From NCBI GenBank assembly GCA_043228905.1, contig JBHGNT010000089.1, forward strand, positions 1 to 64,000: a DNA stretch of 64,000 bases, read 5' to 3'. A program made the translations under genes and the position numbers. This document shows, piece after piece, positions 19,972 to 30,281 of this stretch. The first letter of the stretch is position 1; each line of letters begins with the position of its first letter. The DNA comes from Azolla caroliniana (Eukaryota; Plantae; Polypodiophyta). Under the pieces are notes generated by a model. It searched no databases, was not told where the DNA came from, and saw nothing but the letters and a program-made list of their open reading frames with translations.

Positions 19972-22941
19972 TCATTGTTCACCCAAATTGTCCAAATTAC
20001 TTTGTTCAAGAATTTCCACTTGTTCTTCCGGTTGTGGTTGTTGCGGCTGTGCTTGCTGCTGCTGCTGTGGTTGCGGTTGGGACTGAGGCTGCTCCGGCTG
20101 CTCTGCTTGCTGCTGCTGCTCCGTTTGTTTCGCTGACTCCGGCTTCTCCGTTTGACTGCTTCCGGTCCGGTCTCCTTCCAGTAATGGTTCCTCATCACTG
20201 AGGTTGACCGTAACCGGTTCTCGTTCTTTCTCTCCCCGGATCCGAGACCTCTCATAGCTTTCAAACTGGATCTGCGCCTCCAGCCTGTCGTCGTCCAGCT
20301 GAGCTACAAGTTGCCGGACCTGCCCTAGTTGGTCATCTGCCAAGGCTTGAAAGTCTTCGGCAAGCTCATCTCTTATGCCGGTGAAGTCTTCGGAAGTCAG
20401 CATATAGCAATCATCTCCCTCCTTCCGCCGGTTCTCTACGTCAGCCCGGAGCAATTGGAGTTCCGCCGCGTTCGTGGCCCACTTGGTCCACCATTTGACG
20501 GACCCGTTGTCAATCAAGCTCTTGGTCTGGTTCAACCAGGCCCGCATTATATCCTGGATGCGACTTGCTCCCATTTGTGCTCTGCTTTCCACCACTTGTC
20601 GCTCCTTCAACTGCTTGATGAGATTTGCCGTATCCTCCGCCTGCTCCCTGTAGCGCGTCAGCTGCCCTTGATATGTCGTTTGCAGCCTCTGCAGTACCTC
20701 CGCCGCTCTTTCTTTTTCCGCCTGCTGTTGCCTGAGGAGCTCTGTCCGAACCTTCTCCGCCTCTTCCAACCGTCTTCTGTTTTCCGCTTGTTCCTTGGCG
20801 AATGCGGTTGCGGTCCGATCAACTGCTTGCCGGAGCTCATCCGTCCGTTCCTTGTGCTCCGTTTGCAACCGTTTATACTCCCGGTGCAATTGCTCAAATT
20901 CCTCCGTTTTTTGTTTGAGCTTGCCGTTGATCTGGCGATGGTTCCGGTCCTCCCGGTCCTTTACCTGCCGGAGTTCCTCTTTCAGGCGCTCTACTTCTGT
21001 TTCGGCGTTCCTCCGGAGTCTCTCCTTCTCTTGCAGCATTTTCTCCTTCTCCTCCTTGAGCCGGTCGTACGCTTGGTGGCCTTTTCGTAAGCTCTCCTCG
21101 GCCCGCCGTAGATTCTCAGCAGTCTTTTTGAGTTCTGCCTCCGCTGCCGTCTTCAATTCTCTTTCGCGGCTCCTCAGCGCTTCTTGGGCAGCTAGCTCAT
21201 CCTTTAAATCCGCAAGCTCTTGGGCTTGTGCCGCATTTCTCTCCGGAACGGTTTCCGTTGCCGGGGTCTGATTGCTATGTACAGGTTGATCTGCCGCTTT
21301 ATTCTGTACAATGCCCGGAGTCACCGGTGCTTGGACTTGTGTTGTCAAAGCCACTTGAGCCATTTCCCTTGTGACCCTGTCCAAGTCTTGTTCAAGGCTC
21401 CGGATTCTGGACCGGGCCGTCTCTAGATCTACGGTTGTGACGAGCAACCGTTCCTGGTGCGCTCTTTCTTCCGCCTCTATATACTCGACCACTCCGGCGA
21501 TTTGCTCGCCTACCCACCGTAGCCACATGCTACTGGTGCCTTGTTGCTGTACTGGTCGGGTCGGCTCATTCACTGTGGAATTGTCTGGCCTGATTGCCTG
21601 CATATGCCGTTCTGGTTCTACTCCTTGGCCGCCGTGTGCTCTGGCTGGGCTCGCCGGCTGTTGAGTTCCGGTTCTCGCCGTCTCCGGAGCCGTTGGACTG
21701 ACTTCTTCTATAGAAGTCGACAAGACCGGTTCCCTACGCACCGGTTCCGGTTCTTCCCTTGTGGTTTGCTCAGGTTGAGTTGGGGGCGTTTCTGCCTCTC
21801 GCGGGTACGACCGCTCCCCTCCTGTCTCGGCGGTCCTACTTCTTGACCGTCGTTGGAGGTGCTCTTCTGGCTCCTCCGTTTCCTCTTCCTGTGTCACGGC
21901 ATGTTTCTGTGCCGTCAAGGGTTCCGGTTCCTTCTGTCTCGATCTCCGTATGGTTATCTTGACGGGTCGGACCGGTGACACCTCCTCCGGTTCTGGGACC
22001 CGTTTCTTCCCTTTCGTCGCCTTCGACGCCAGCAGCTGCTGTCGTTTGGACGCCGGCTTCGAGGTGCTTCCTTCCGATACTCTTGGCCGCTTCTTTGGCT
22101 GAACGGTCTCGACCGGCGGCACGAGCAATGTTATCCACTGAGCGACGGCATGCCACAGCTTCCGGCCCTCCTTGCCGTCCTTTCCTCGTACCATGTCGAT
22201 TGCCACGCACAAACCGTCTGCAATCAACACCGGCCAATCCACCTTGGTCCCTTCATAGGTGGCTATGATCATCCCTGCCCGATTTTTTGGCATGACAGGG
22301 GGTCGGGGGTACACGTGGCCGTACTCATGGAGCACTCGAGCTATCTCCCTGAACAGCGGATCTTCGCCGCCCTGCGTTCGATAGCCTTTGCCGGCAACAG
22401 AGTACTCACCGAAATATCGGGTGAGTTGCTCCGAGGTTGGATTATCAATCTGAAAAATTCCTCCCTCCGGAAGGCCTGTTAGCGCACGGATCGCTTCCTC
22501 GGTGATGACTTCCTTGTCGAGCTCCTTGATGACCTGGTCGGCTTCTCTGTGCGGTGGTGCTTCCATGATGGCCAAGAAGCCCTCCAGTCCGTGTTGCCTG
22601 AACCATTTCCTGGCCGCTTCCGACAGCGTTTGTGGTTCCATGTCTGCTTCGAGGTCGAGGAAAGATGGCGAAGTAGAGTGGTGATGAGAGTGAGAGCGAG
22701 AGAGAGAGCGTTCTGAGCGCGGGGGTTCTCTGCGTGCAGGTTCGCGTTTGCTCAGCTTCCACTGGCTTGGTGCTTCTGTGCTTCTTGGCTCGCGAAATGA
22801 AAAGGTCTCCATGCGCTCTGCTTCTTCTTTGTGCGTTTTGGCGCCTTTTTCGAGCATGCACACGTCGTGTACCAATTTAGTATTAAGTAGCGTGGCGGCT
22901 CTTAAATGCCCACTACGTACCTTTTCGCGCCTTGCTTTCAC
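19972..22941 (-). CDS. Extra ORF of element A in the env position (globular N-domain plus long coiled coil); probable ATG at 22641
   Basis: 989-codon intact ORF downstream of pol on the same strand, with ITEEAIRALTGLPEGG...KVDW motifs, an E/K/R/Q-rich heptad region and a Q/P-rich tail. Confidence 0.85.
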   Translation of the reverse strand: MKARREKVRSGHLRAATLLNTKLVHDVCMLEKGAKTHKEEAERMETFSFREPRSTEAPSQWKLSKREPARREPPRSERSLSRSHSHHHSTSPSFLDLEADMEPQTLSEAARKWFRQHGLEGFLAIMEAPPHREADQVIKELDKEVITEEAIRALTGLPEGGIFQIDNPTSEQLTRYFGEYSVAGKGYRTQGGEDPLFREIARVLHEYGHVYPRPPVMPKNRAGMIIATYEGTKVDWPVLIADGLCVAIDMVRGKDGKEGRKLWHAVAQWITLLVPPVETVQPKKRPRVSEGSTSKPASKRQQLLASKATKGKKRVPEPEEVSPVRPVKITIRRSRQKEPEPLTAQKHAVTQEEETEEPEEHLQRRSRSRTAETGGERSYPREAETPPTQPEQTTREEPEPVRREPVLSTSIEEVSPTAPETARTGTQQPASPARAHGGQGVEPERHMQAIRPDNSTVNEPTRPVQQQGTSSMWLRWVGEQIAGVVEYIEAEERAHQERLLVTTVDLETARSRIRSLEQDLDRVTREMAQVALTTQVQAPVTPGIVQNKAADQPVHSNQTPATETVPERNAAQAQELADLKDELAAQEALRSRERELKTAAEAELKKTAENLRRAEESLRKGHQAYDRLKEEKEKMLQEKERLRRNAETEVERLKEELRQVKDREDRNHRQINGKLKQKTEEFEQLHREYKRLQTEHKERTDELRQAVDRTATAFAKEQAENRRRLEEAEKVRTELLRQQQAEKERAAEVLQRLQTTYQGQLTRYREQAEDTANLIKQLKERQVVESRAQMGASRIQDIMRAWLNQTKSLIDNGSVKWWTKWATNAAELQLLRADVENRRKEGDDCYMLTSEDFTGIRDELAEDFQALADDQLGQVRQLVAQLDDDRLEAQIQFESYERSRIRGEKEREPVTVNLSDEEPLLEGDRTGSSQTEKPESAKQTEQQQQAEQPEQPQSQPQPQQQQQAQPQQPQPEEQVEILEQSNLDNLGEQ

Positions 22942-23013
22942 ACCCGTTCATACCTCGATTTTTAATGATTTTTTTTTTATTTTTATTTTTATTTTTAATG
23001 ACGGTGTGTGACC

Positions 23014-26000
23014 TTACCCATCCGTAGGTCCCCTTGGACCCTTACCGTTTTCCTTACGGGTTGCCGTGTCTTCCTTCGCCTCTGCTACTGGTTCCCCGTC
23101 GTCTTTTTCTTCCGGTCCGATACGTACCGATCCCGGTGTAGTGCCGGTGAGCTGCATAAACGGGTTCTTTGGCATCGGTCCTTTATAGGGTTTTAGTCGA
23201 AATCCGTTTACCCACTTGCCTAGTACTTCACCAGCAAGTGTCCCTATCTGATAGGACCCGTTGTATTCCCGTGTCAGCCAATACGGGCCTGTCCATCTGA
23301 ACCGGAGTTTACCCGGCATTTTGCCCATCCTCGTTTGGAATACTAGAACCGGCTTTCCGATTTCGAACATCTTTTCGTTACCTTTCCGGTGACGGTCAAC
23401 GAACGCTTTCCGTCGTCGTTGCTCCAGTTCCATGTGGAGGATGCTGGCCAGCCGTTGCTCCTCCAGTTCGCATAGTGCTGCTAGCCGCATTTCCTCCGAC
23501 TTCTTTTCATTCAGCCGTTCCCGTAGTTGGATCCGTAAGCTTGGTACCTGAAATTCCACCGGCATGACCGCTTCTAAGCCGAATGCTAACCGGAACGGCG
23601 TTGTCCGGATACTTGTTTTGTATGCCGTTCTGTACGCCCATAGCGCACTATGGAGCTTTGTGTCCCAGTCTGTCCGGTTTTCATTGACAATTTTGCGGAG
23701 AATGTTCTGCAGCGTTTTGTTGGTGGACTCTGCTAACCCGTTCGCCTGTGGGTAGTACGGTGTGCTTCGTTTATGGACCACGGCATAGAACGTTGTTAAG
23801 CTTTCCACTACCTGGCCGAGGAAGTGGCCTCCTTGGTCGCTGATTAATTCAATCGGACATCCATATCGGCACCAAATGTTTTCGTACAGGAATTTTGCTG
23901 TGGATGACGCGGTGTTGTCTCTCAGGGCCTTAGCTTCCACCCATTTAGTGCAATAATCCGTTGCCACGATGACATAACGATTACCCGTTCTCATTGCCGG
24001 TGGCTTGAACGGTCCGACAAAATCCAATCCCCACTTCTGGAATGGCTCTAGTGGAAGTACCGGTTGGTGTGGCATCCGTGCTTGCTCCGTAGGCTGGCCC
24101 ATTCGTTGGCATAGGTCACATTCCTTAGCATACTTGACGGCGTCTTTTAACGTCGTGGGCCACCACAAGCCGCTCTGCCATACTTTCCTCGCCGTCGCTT
24201 CCCCGGCATAGTGTCCTCCGGCAACCCCACAGTGTGCTTCCCGTAAGATTACTTCTTTCTCGTCACTACGGACTGCCCGTCTCCATATTCCATCTGCTCC
24301 CTTGTGGTAGAGAGTGTCCCGTAATAGACAGAAATTGCGGCTCTGCACCGCCAGTCGTTTCCTCTCGTCCCGGTTCATTTCCTCCGGTGGCAGGCCCGTG
24401 CTTAGGAACTGGTGCATGTTTGTCAGCCACCTATCTTCTGATGCCACCGTGTCGTCCGCTGCCGTTTCCGGGGTGATACGGAATAACTCTGCGTCCGGAA
24501 ATTCATCCGCTACTCCGTCGCCTGGTTCTCCGGACTCTAATCGGCTTAGATAGTCTGCTACGGCATGCTGGATACCGGGCCGGTGGAAAATCTCGAATTC
24601 GAACTCCTGCAACAGCAAGGTCCAACGGGCCAACTTACCGGTCAGGGACGCCTTGGACACTAAGTACAGGAGCGCCGAGTGGTCCACATGAAAGGAGAAC
24701 TTCCTTCCCAATAGGTAATGCCGAAACTTTGTTACACTGTAGATCATGCCCAGGGCCTCCCGTTCCGTCGTTGAATAGTTCTTCTCCGCTTGGGACAGCT
24801 TCCGGCTGGCGTAATATACCGGCCGGTACCATTTGGGCTCCGTAAGTTGCATTAAGGCGCTGCCGATAGCGATGTCGGAAGCGTCAACGAACACATGAAA
24901 TTCCTTGCTCCAATCCGGAGGTTGCACGACTGGTGCTTGCGACAAAAGTACCTTCAGGGCATTGTATGCCTTATCCTCCGTCTCCGTCCATTGGAACGGT
25001 GTCCGATGTACCGCGGTGTGTAATGGTGTCGCCAAGTCCGCCAAGTGACGGAGCATCCGGCTGTGCCACCGGATTTGTCCTAAGAATCGGCTTAGTGCTT
25101 TGGCTGTTTTCGGTGCCGGTGCCCCTAGTATGGCGTTTACTTTATCCGGGTCGACCGCAATGCCCTCCTTACTTACAATGTGTCCCAGCAATATTCCACT
25201 TGAAACTCCAAAGATGCATTTTGCTGGGTTTAAGCTTAGCCGGTATAACCTACACTTTTCAAGGCATAACCGCAGGTGCTGCAAATGGTCTTTTCCCCGG
25301 CTATAGACTGCAAAATCATCCAGGAAAACTTGCATGAAGGCAGGAATGTATTCGCCGAAGATCTCCATGATGATTCGCTGGAACGTTGCTGGTGCCGTTT
25401 TTAGGCCGAACATCATGACTTCGGCCACAAACACCCCCCATTCGGTGACGAACGCTGTCTTCTCCTGGTCGTCCGGGTGCATCCGAATTTGATTGTACCC
25501 GCTGAACCCGTCTAGAAAGCTATAAACTTCATGACCGGCGACGGCATCCAGTACTCCGTCCGTGAACGGAAGAGGGAATGCATCCGTAATTGTGGCGGCG
25601 TTTAGTTTCCTGTAATCTACACACACACGGATTTTACCGTTCTTCTTGGGAACGACGACGATGGGGCTCAGCCACGTCGCTTTCTTTACCGGCCGGATGA
25701 AGCCCACTCTTAGGAGTTTGTCTATTTCCTCCTTCACTTTGGCGGCGTAGTTGGGGTTCATTCGGTAACGTCGTTGCGCCACTGGTTTCGCGTCCTTGCC
25801 TAAGTGGATCTGATGCTGATATAATTGAGGGTCCAACCCTCGCATGTCCTCGTATGACCAGGCGAATACGTCGCGAAACTCCGTGAGAAGTTTGATCATC
25901 GCCGCTTTATCTTCCGGCTTCATTTCTTTGGCGATGTGAACCGGCTTTGATTCGTCCTTGCTTCCTAGGTTCACTTCGTCGAGCTGGGATGTTTTTACCC

Positions 26001-28842
26001 GTTGGGAAACGGCCATTTCCCGTTCCAATGCTTCCTGTGCTTGCCGTAATTCCCGAATCGCATCTTTGTCTGGTTCGGCTTCGGTGTCGTCCCGCTGCGG
26101 CAAGTATGGCGCTACGGCTTCAGCTACGTCAATCTCGAAGAGTGGTACGATCTTCGGGTGTTCCTCCAAGTACTGGGCTTCTTCGTCGTCTGCCAATCCT
26201 TCAAGCATGTTCACACATTCCGCATACAGCGGTATGCATTCCTTACCATTGCTTGTCCGTGGTTGTGTCGGAACCCGGACCTTGGCTTTTCCGCGCCGGA
26301 AGGTAATCATATTTTTCCGCCAATTTTGCTTGATGTGTGCTGTTTTCAACCATGGTCTGCCCAGCAGCAGTGGGTACGCGCCTTGCGCCTGTAGCTGCAA
26401 CACTACAGCCGAGATGTGAAATGTGTGGCCTCCTATGGTGACTTCCAATTTCCGTATTAAGCCCGTCGGCCGTACAGAGCTCGTATCCGCCATCCGTAGC
26501 CAGAACGGACATGGCTCCCATTCATGTATACCCAAGGCATCACACGTGCGGAGGCTTATTACGTTCACTCCGGAACCTCCATCGATTACTGTGCCGGGAA
26601 GTTCGTGCCCTTTGACAATAGCTGTAATCGCCGGACTACTAGTGTCCACCACCGTCGGTCCCTCCTCCGGATTCGAGAAAAGGACTGGTGCCGGTGGAGC
26701 TATACCGTCTGTCATGACCGTTTTTAGTCCTTCTGTGAATCGCGGCACGAGCTGCAAGAGTCTTCCTAATGGTAACGTGATCTGACATTCTTGTAGTGCT
26801 TGCCATGTCTCGTTTTCTGGGTGGCTACCGCCGGCACTCCCTATGGTTTTCGCCTTTTGCCGTTCCGCGTCCGCGACGTTCCTTTCATTGGCTTCCTTCA
26901 CCCATTCCGTCGCCTGTTTTCGTATGGCCTCTTGTGTTTCCCATTCTTTGGCCATGCCTTTCGACCGTGTGGTTACTTGCTGTAAATCCGCCACTTCCGG
27001 AACCACCATATTAACTGCTGGTCGTTTCTCGTAGCTCTTTACCGGGCACTGGTTACTGTAGTGGCCTTCCTGCCTGCAGTAGTAGCAGTACTCTTTACGG
27101 GTATTGCTGGATTCAGCATTGCTGGTAGCCGGAGTCGGTCCCGTAGCGAGTGGTGCGTTCTGTGCCGGTTGGCTCCTTGGGGTTCCATGTTCCGGGTCCC
27201 TAGGGTGACCACCTTTCTTGAAATTACGTTTCTTATTATTCTTATGTTTATTTCGGTAGTCCGGTCGTGGTGGATCGTAAAATCGGCCGTAGTCCTCCTG
27301 GTGCCTTCGGTAACCAGGGGAATGGTCTCTGTCGTATTGCTCGTGTCGCCTGTTGGGCTCTCGATAACGGTCCGATCGCTCATACCGGTCGTAGTTATCA
27401 CGCCGATTCCCGTACCGGCCATCATTCTCTTGCCTGTCTCCGTACCGGACATCCTGTGCCGGTCGGTACCGGTTCATTTTTTGCCAACGATCTTCATCTT
27501 CGTCTTGGCTGCTTCTTGGCTCGATCCGTCGGACGGGTGGTGCTTGTCGGTTTAACAGGTTATACTCGCACCGGTCCGTTGTATGACTCTTGGATTGCCA
27601 AATCACACACTGAGTGCGCATGGTGCACTCTACTGCCGAGTGTCCGGCATTCAAGCAGATTGTGCATTGAATTGCCTGCCGGAACCGGAGATCTTCCTCG
27701 GTGGGTAACGCCCGTTGCAGTGTTCCCAGCGTAAGCCATGAGCTTGTCTTTTCCATTTCTCTGACCCGGTCAATGACCTGATCGATGGTGCATCCTCGAA
27801 AGTCGATCACCGTACACACCGTGCGTAACGGTTCCCGGAGTGCGTTTAAAAATATCGTCCGTAATTCCTCCTCCGGGGGTGCACGGGCAAGCTGGCTATG
27901 CATTCGTTGGAAACGGATGACGAATTGGGGAATGCTTTCCCCTGCCTCCTGTCGGATCGTATAAAACAGGCCCACCATTGTCGTCTGGTCGACCTCCTTG
28001 TGGAAAAAATGCAAGAATTTTGCTTTTAATTCTGCAAATGTTGTGATGGTCGCCGGGTCCTGCGACCGCCGCCATCGTGTCGCTGGTCCCTCCAACGTGA
28101 CTCCGAATTCCGCTATCTTCGAGCGTTCTTCTTCCTCCGGTGTCATTCGCTGGGACGTGTGATTTGCTTCCCATGTCTGCTCGAAGTCATCAACATGCGC
28201 TTCCGCGTCCGGATCATCGCGATACTTTGAGTATTGGAACGACATGTCGTCGTCCAGTATTAGGCCGCGGTTTAGTGGCGTTTGTTGATATCTTTCCGGT
28301 TTTCTTGCCGGTTCCACTTCCGGTTCTTGTGCCGCTGCTTTTTCCGGTTCCTTTGCCGGCTCTTTCGTTGGTGTCGGTGGCTTTGCTTCTTCCACTTCCG
28401 GTGTTGGTGGGTTGACGGCTTCCGTTTGTGGTTCCGGATAGCCCTGGTTGAGCGGTTCCGGTTCTGGAGTCGGCACGTTATCCGACCCGTCGTCCTCCGG
28501 GCCGCCGGGGGTATCGTTGCTGCTCCGGTAGTTCGTGTGCACGCTGTATCCCCCTTCGGAATCCGATTCGTAGGCTGAAAAGGCTTCTGCCTCGTTTTCT
28601 CCGCTTGCCAGCGCCTCCAGGAGGCGTTCGGTTTCCCGGAGACTACTTAGACTGCTTCCGTCGTCCTGGTCGCGAGTTTGCCGTAACCGGAGAGATTCCT
28701 CCGCGACTCTCCGGATCTCGTTGGAGAACGAACGATCCGAGCGAATTTCCTGCGCTGCTTGCTGGAAAGTCTCACGCCGTCTTTGCCGTTCGGCGAGGCG
28801 TCGAGCTCGGTCTGTAACCAAGTCGTGCGTTGGTCTAGTCAT
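23014..28842 (-). CDS. Gag-Pol polyprotein of element A
   Basis: Single 1942-aa ORF: Gag, CCHC knuckles (CTICLNAGHSAVEC, CYYCRQEGHYSNQC), protease VIDGGSGVN, RT (FLDGFSGYNQI, FLDD), RNase H (VDASD), integrase (H..H..CDLC, WGLDFVGP, ISDQG, NGLAE). No chromodomain. Confidence 0.97.
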   Translation of the reverse strand: MTRPTHDLVTDRARRLAERQRRRETFQQAAQEIRSDRSFSNEIRRVAEESLRLRQTRDQDDGSSLSSLRETERLLEALASGENEAEAFSAYESDSEGGYSVHTNYRSSNDTPGGPEDDGSDNVPTPEPEPLNQGYPEPQTEAVNPPTPEVEEAKPPTPTKEPAKEPEKAAAQEPEVEPARKPERYQQTPLNRGLILDDDMSFQYSKYRDDPDAEAHVDDFEQTWEANHTSQRMTPEEEERSKIAEFGVTLEGPATRWRRSQDPATITTFAELKAKFLHFFHKEVDQTTMVGLFYTIRQEAGESIPQFVIRFQRMHSQLARAPPEEELRTIFLNALREPLRTVCTVIDFRGCTIDQVIDRVREMEKTSSWLTLGTLQRALPTEEDLRFRQAIQCTICLNAGHSAVECTMRTQCVIWQSKSHTTDRCEYNLLNRQAPPVRRIEPRSSQDEDEDRWQKMNRYRPAQDVRYGDRQENDGRYGNRRDNYDRYERSDRYREPNRRHEQYDRDHSPGYRRHQEDYGRFYDPPRPDYRNKHKNNKKRNFKKGGHPRDPEHGTPRSQPAQNAPLATGPTPATSNAESSNTRKEYCYYCRQEGHYSNQCPVKSYEKRPAVNMVVPEVADLQQVTTRSKGMAKEWETQEAIRKQATEWVKEANERNVADAERQKAKTIGSAGGSHPENETWQALQECQITLPLGRLLQLVPRFTEGLKTVMTDGIAPPAPVLFSNPEEGPTVVDTSSPAITAIVKGHELPGTVIDGGSGVNVISLRTCDALGIHEWEPCPFWLRMADTSSVRPTGLIRKLEVTIGGHTFHISAVVLQLQAQGAYPLLLGRPWLKTAHIKQNWRKNMITFRRGKAKVRVPTQPRTSNGKECIPLYAECVNMLEGLADDEEAQYLEEHPKIVPLFEIDVAEAVAPYLPQRDDTEAEPDKDAIRELRQAQEALEREMAVSQRVKTSQLDEVNLGSKDESKPVHIAKEMKPEDKAAMIKLLTEFRDVFAWSYEDMRGLDPQLYQHQIHLGKDAKPVAQRRYRMNPNYAAKVKEEIDKLLRVGFIRPVKKATWLSPIVVVPKKNGKIRVCVDYRKLNAATITDAFPLPFTDGVLDAVAGHEVYSFLDGFSGYNQIRMHPDDQEKTAFVTEWGVFVAEVMMFGLKTAPATFQRIIMEIFGEYIPAFMQVFLDDFAVYSRGKDHLQHLRLCLEKCRLYRLSLNPAKCIFGVSSGILLGHIVSKEGIAVDPDKVNAILGAPAPKTAKALSRFLGQIRWHSRMLRHLADLATPLHTAVHRTPFQWTETEDKAYNALKVLLSQAPVVQPPDWSKEFHVFVDASDIAIGSALMQLTEPKWYRPVYYASRKLSQAEKNYSTTEREALGMIYSVTKFRHYLLGRKFSFHVDHSALLYLVSKASLTGKLARWTLLLQEFEFEIFHRPGIQHAVADYLSRLESGEPGDGVADEFPDAELFRITPETAADDTVASEDRWLTNMHQFLSTGLPPEEMNRDERKRLAVQSRNFCLLRDTLYHKGADGIWRRAVRSDEKEVILREAHCGVAGGHYAGEATARKVWQSGLWWPTTLKDAVKYAKECDLCQRMGQPTEQARMPHQPVLPLEPFQKWGLDFVGPFKPPAMRTGNRYVIVATDYCTKWVEAKALRDNTASSTAKFLYENIWCRYGCPIELISDQGGHFLGQVVESLTTFYAVVHKRSTPYYPQANGLAESTNKTLQNILRKIVNENRTDWDTKLHSALWAYRTAYKTSIRTTPFRLAFGLEAVMPVEFQVPSLRIQLRERLNEKKSEEMRLAALCELEEQRLASILHMELEQRRRKAFVDRHRKGNEKMFEIGKPVLVFQTRMGKMPGKLRFRWTGPYWLTREYNGSYQIGTLAGEVLGKWVNGFRLKPYKGPMPKNPFMQLTGTTPGSVRIGPEEKDDGEPVAEAKEDTATRKENGKGPRGPTDG

Positions 28843-28893
28843 CCATTACCGTCGTTCGCTGCGAGAAAGCAGGAATCGTGGTCGCCAAAACTG

Positions 28894-29041
28894 TGTTATA
28901 CATTTTAGGGTTAGGGTTAAGGACGACGATGATGATGAATGACAACTATGATGATAGGTAATGAAGATAGACATGGTGATGGAGAGTATGATGGTGAGAG
29001 AGATCATATAGAGAAGCATTGCGGGGTGGGGGGTGGTGCCT
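28894..29041 (-). other. Family-B U5 segment inserted between the 5' LTR and PBS of element A
   Basis: Near-identical to 15974-16121; flanked by the direct repeat CCAAAACTG (28885-28893 and 29042-29050). Confidence 0.9.
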
Positions 29042-29050
29042 CCAAAACTG

Positions 29051-29470
29051 TGTTATTCGCTTAGCCGGACAAGGCCTAACACAAGGTGTCACGGAGACAC
29101 TTCACCAAAGGGTGATTACGGCATAGGATTAAGATTCAACGATTACACCGACTTACGTAGGTTACACGATTAGATTGCTTTGGTTAATTACACGCGTAAG
29201 ATATAACAGTGATTACAGAACGGAAATCAAGACAGAAGTATAAACATCATAAGCTCTATTAATTATCCGTTGTGATTACAATGGGGTCCGGGCCTTTAAA
29301 TAGGTTTCCGGCCCGTAGTACAAAACGGTGCCTCTCGCACCTATTCGGGATCCGTCCGGATCTGGAACGGCATACCGTTTCCAGTCCGTCCGTCCACACT
29401 ATGCTCATTTACAACCATATCTAATTAATTCCTTCACTCCGTATTTTGGACTCCTTGCCGGCCGGTAACA
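29051..29470 (-). repeat. 5' LTR of element A
   Basis: Direct repeat of 19500-19919. Confidence 0.95.
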
Positions 29471-29948
29471 GGAGAGACTAAGTATATCCTACTACATGCA
29501 AGCATGATGCTTTTTCTCTAACTCGAGTGGTCATGCACAGTAGATGTCCTAGCTTTTTCTATCATACTTTTTCTTTTTTAACCCAAGTGTTCTTGCACAC
29601 TCGATGTAGATGAAGCACTTTCTATCCTGCCTTTTCTTTTAACTCGAGTTTATGTATGAATGACCTTTCTATCATGCTTATCTAGAATATTTACGTGAGA
29701 TAAAGTTTTACATAACTAAAATCTATAACTTTAATGCTCATAATGTGTTAGTACAATGTTAGGGCTTGGAATTGTTAACATGGAGGTATAGGGGTCAAAT
29801 CTAGCCCTATGCATGTAATATAATTATTTTAGTAATTTCACCTATTTCTTTATACTTAGTCAATCAGGTATTCTACACATATTTTACATAGTGTACAAAG
29901 CACAATACGACAACGTAAAGGCGATGGGCTTGGATCAAGATACCACGC

Positions 29949-30032
29949 GCGCTGATACCATGTAAAGAAGGTGAGACGTAGGTAGTGCTATGCAACGGAG
30001 GCGAACTATGTGAGTGGGTGAGTATATGTAAG

Positions 30033-30104
<72 letters not shown>

Positions 30105-30281
30105 CTATATTCACATAAAGCAATATTACATCCAATAGTAACTAAGTTACAAAAGGTTGGTTTAAATACCAATTGATCTAGGGCAAGTGCCATTTCTACT
30201 AATTACAAAACTAGCTTAGTATGATGTCCACTGGCTAGTGTGAACACTGTCCCTATGAGAAGTTGAGTTCGATTCTCAACA
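29949..30281 (-). mobile_element. 5' LTR (29961-30281) and tRNA-iMet PBS of another truncated LTR element (H), containing a long (CT)n
   Basis: Minus strand TGTTGAGAATCG...TATTTAAA...(CT)n...CTTTACA, followed immediately by TGGTATCAGCGC. Confidence 0.8.

Larger units (their letters stand above)
19500..29470 (-). mobile_element. Full-length young Ty3/Gypsy element A (non-chromovirus, Athila/Tat-like) with extra 3' ORF
   Basis: 420-bp LTRs at 19500-19919 and 29051-29470 (2 mismatches seen); TSD GGAGA; intact gag-pol; PBS TGGCGACCACGA at 28876-28887. Confidence 0.96.
14693..29912 (-). mobile_element. Gypsy element C remnant (5' LTR 19184-29912 split by element A; gag-PR 14693-19166 split by element B)
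   Basis: Gag-PR fragments (FEDWVETPNKG, RRCIWCDSTKHDRKDC, KKEFHDLLMDLVKRKR, HYSKPH*ARPTTETPVRIG) are homologous to 52250-54204. The LTR halves match the solo LTR at 35348-36076. Confidence 0.8.

Noticed and set aside
20329-28817. Numerous plus-strand ORFs opposite element A
   Set aside because: Shadow ORFs of GC-rich coding sequence with no independent motifs.
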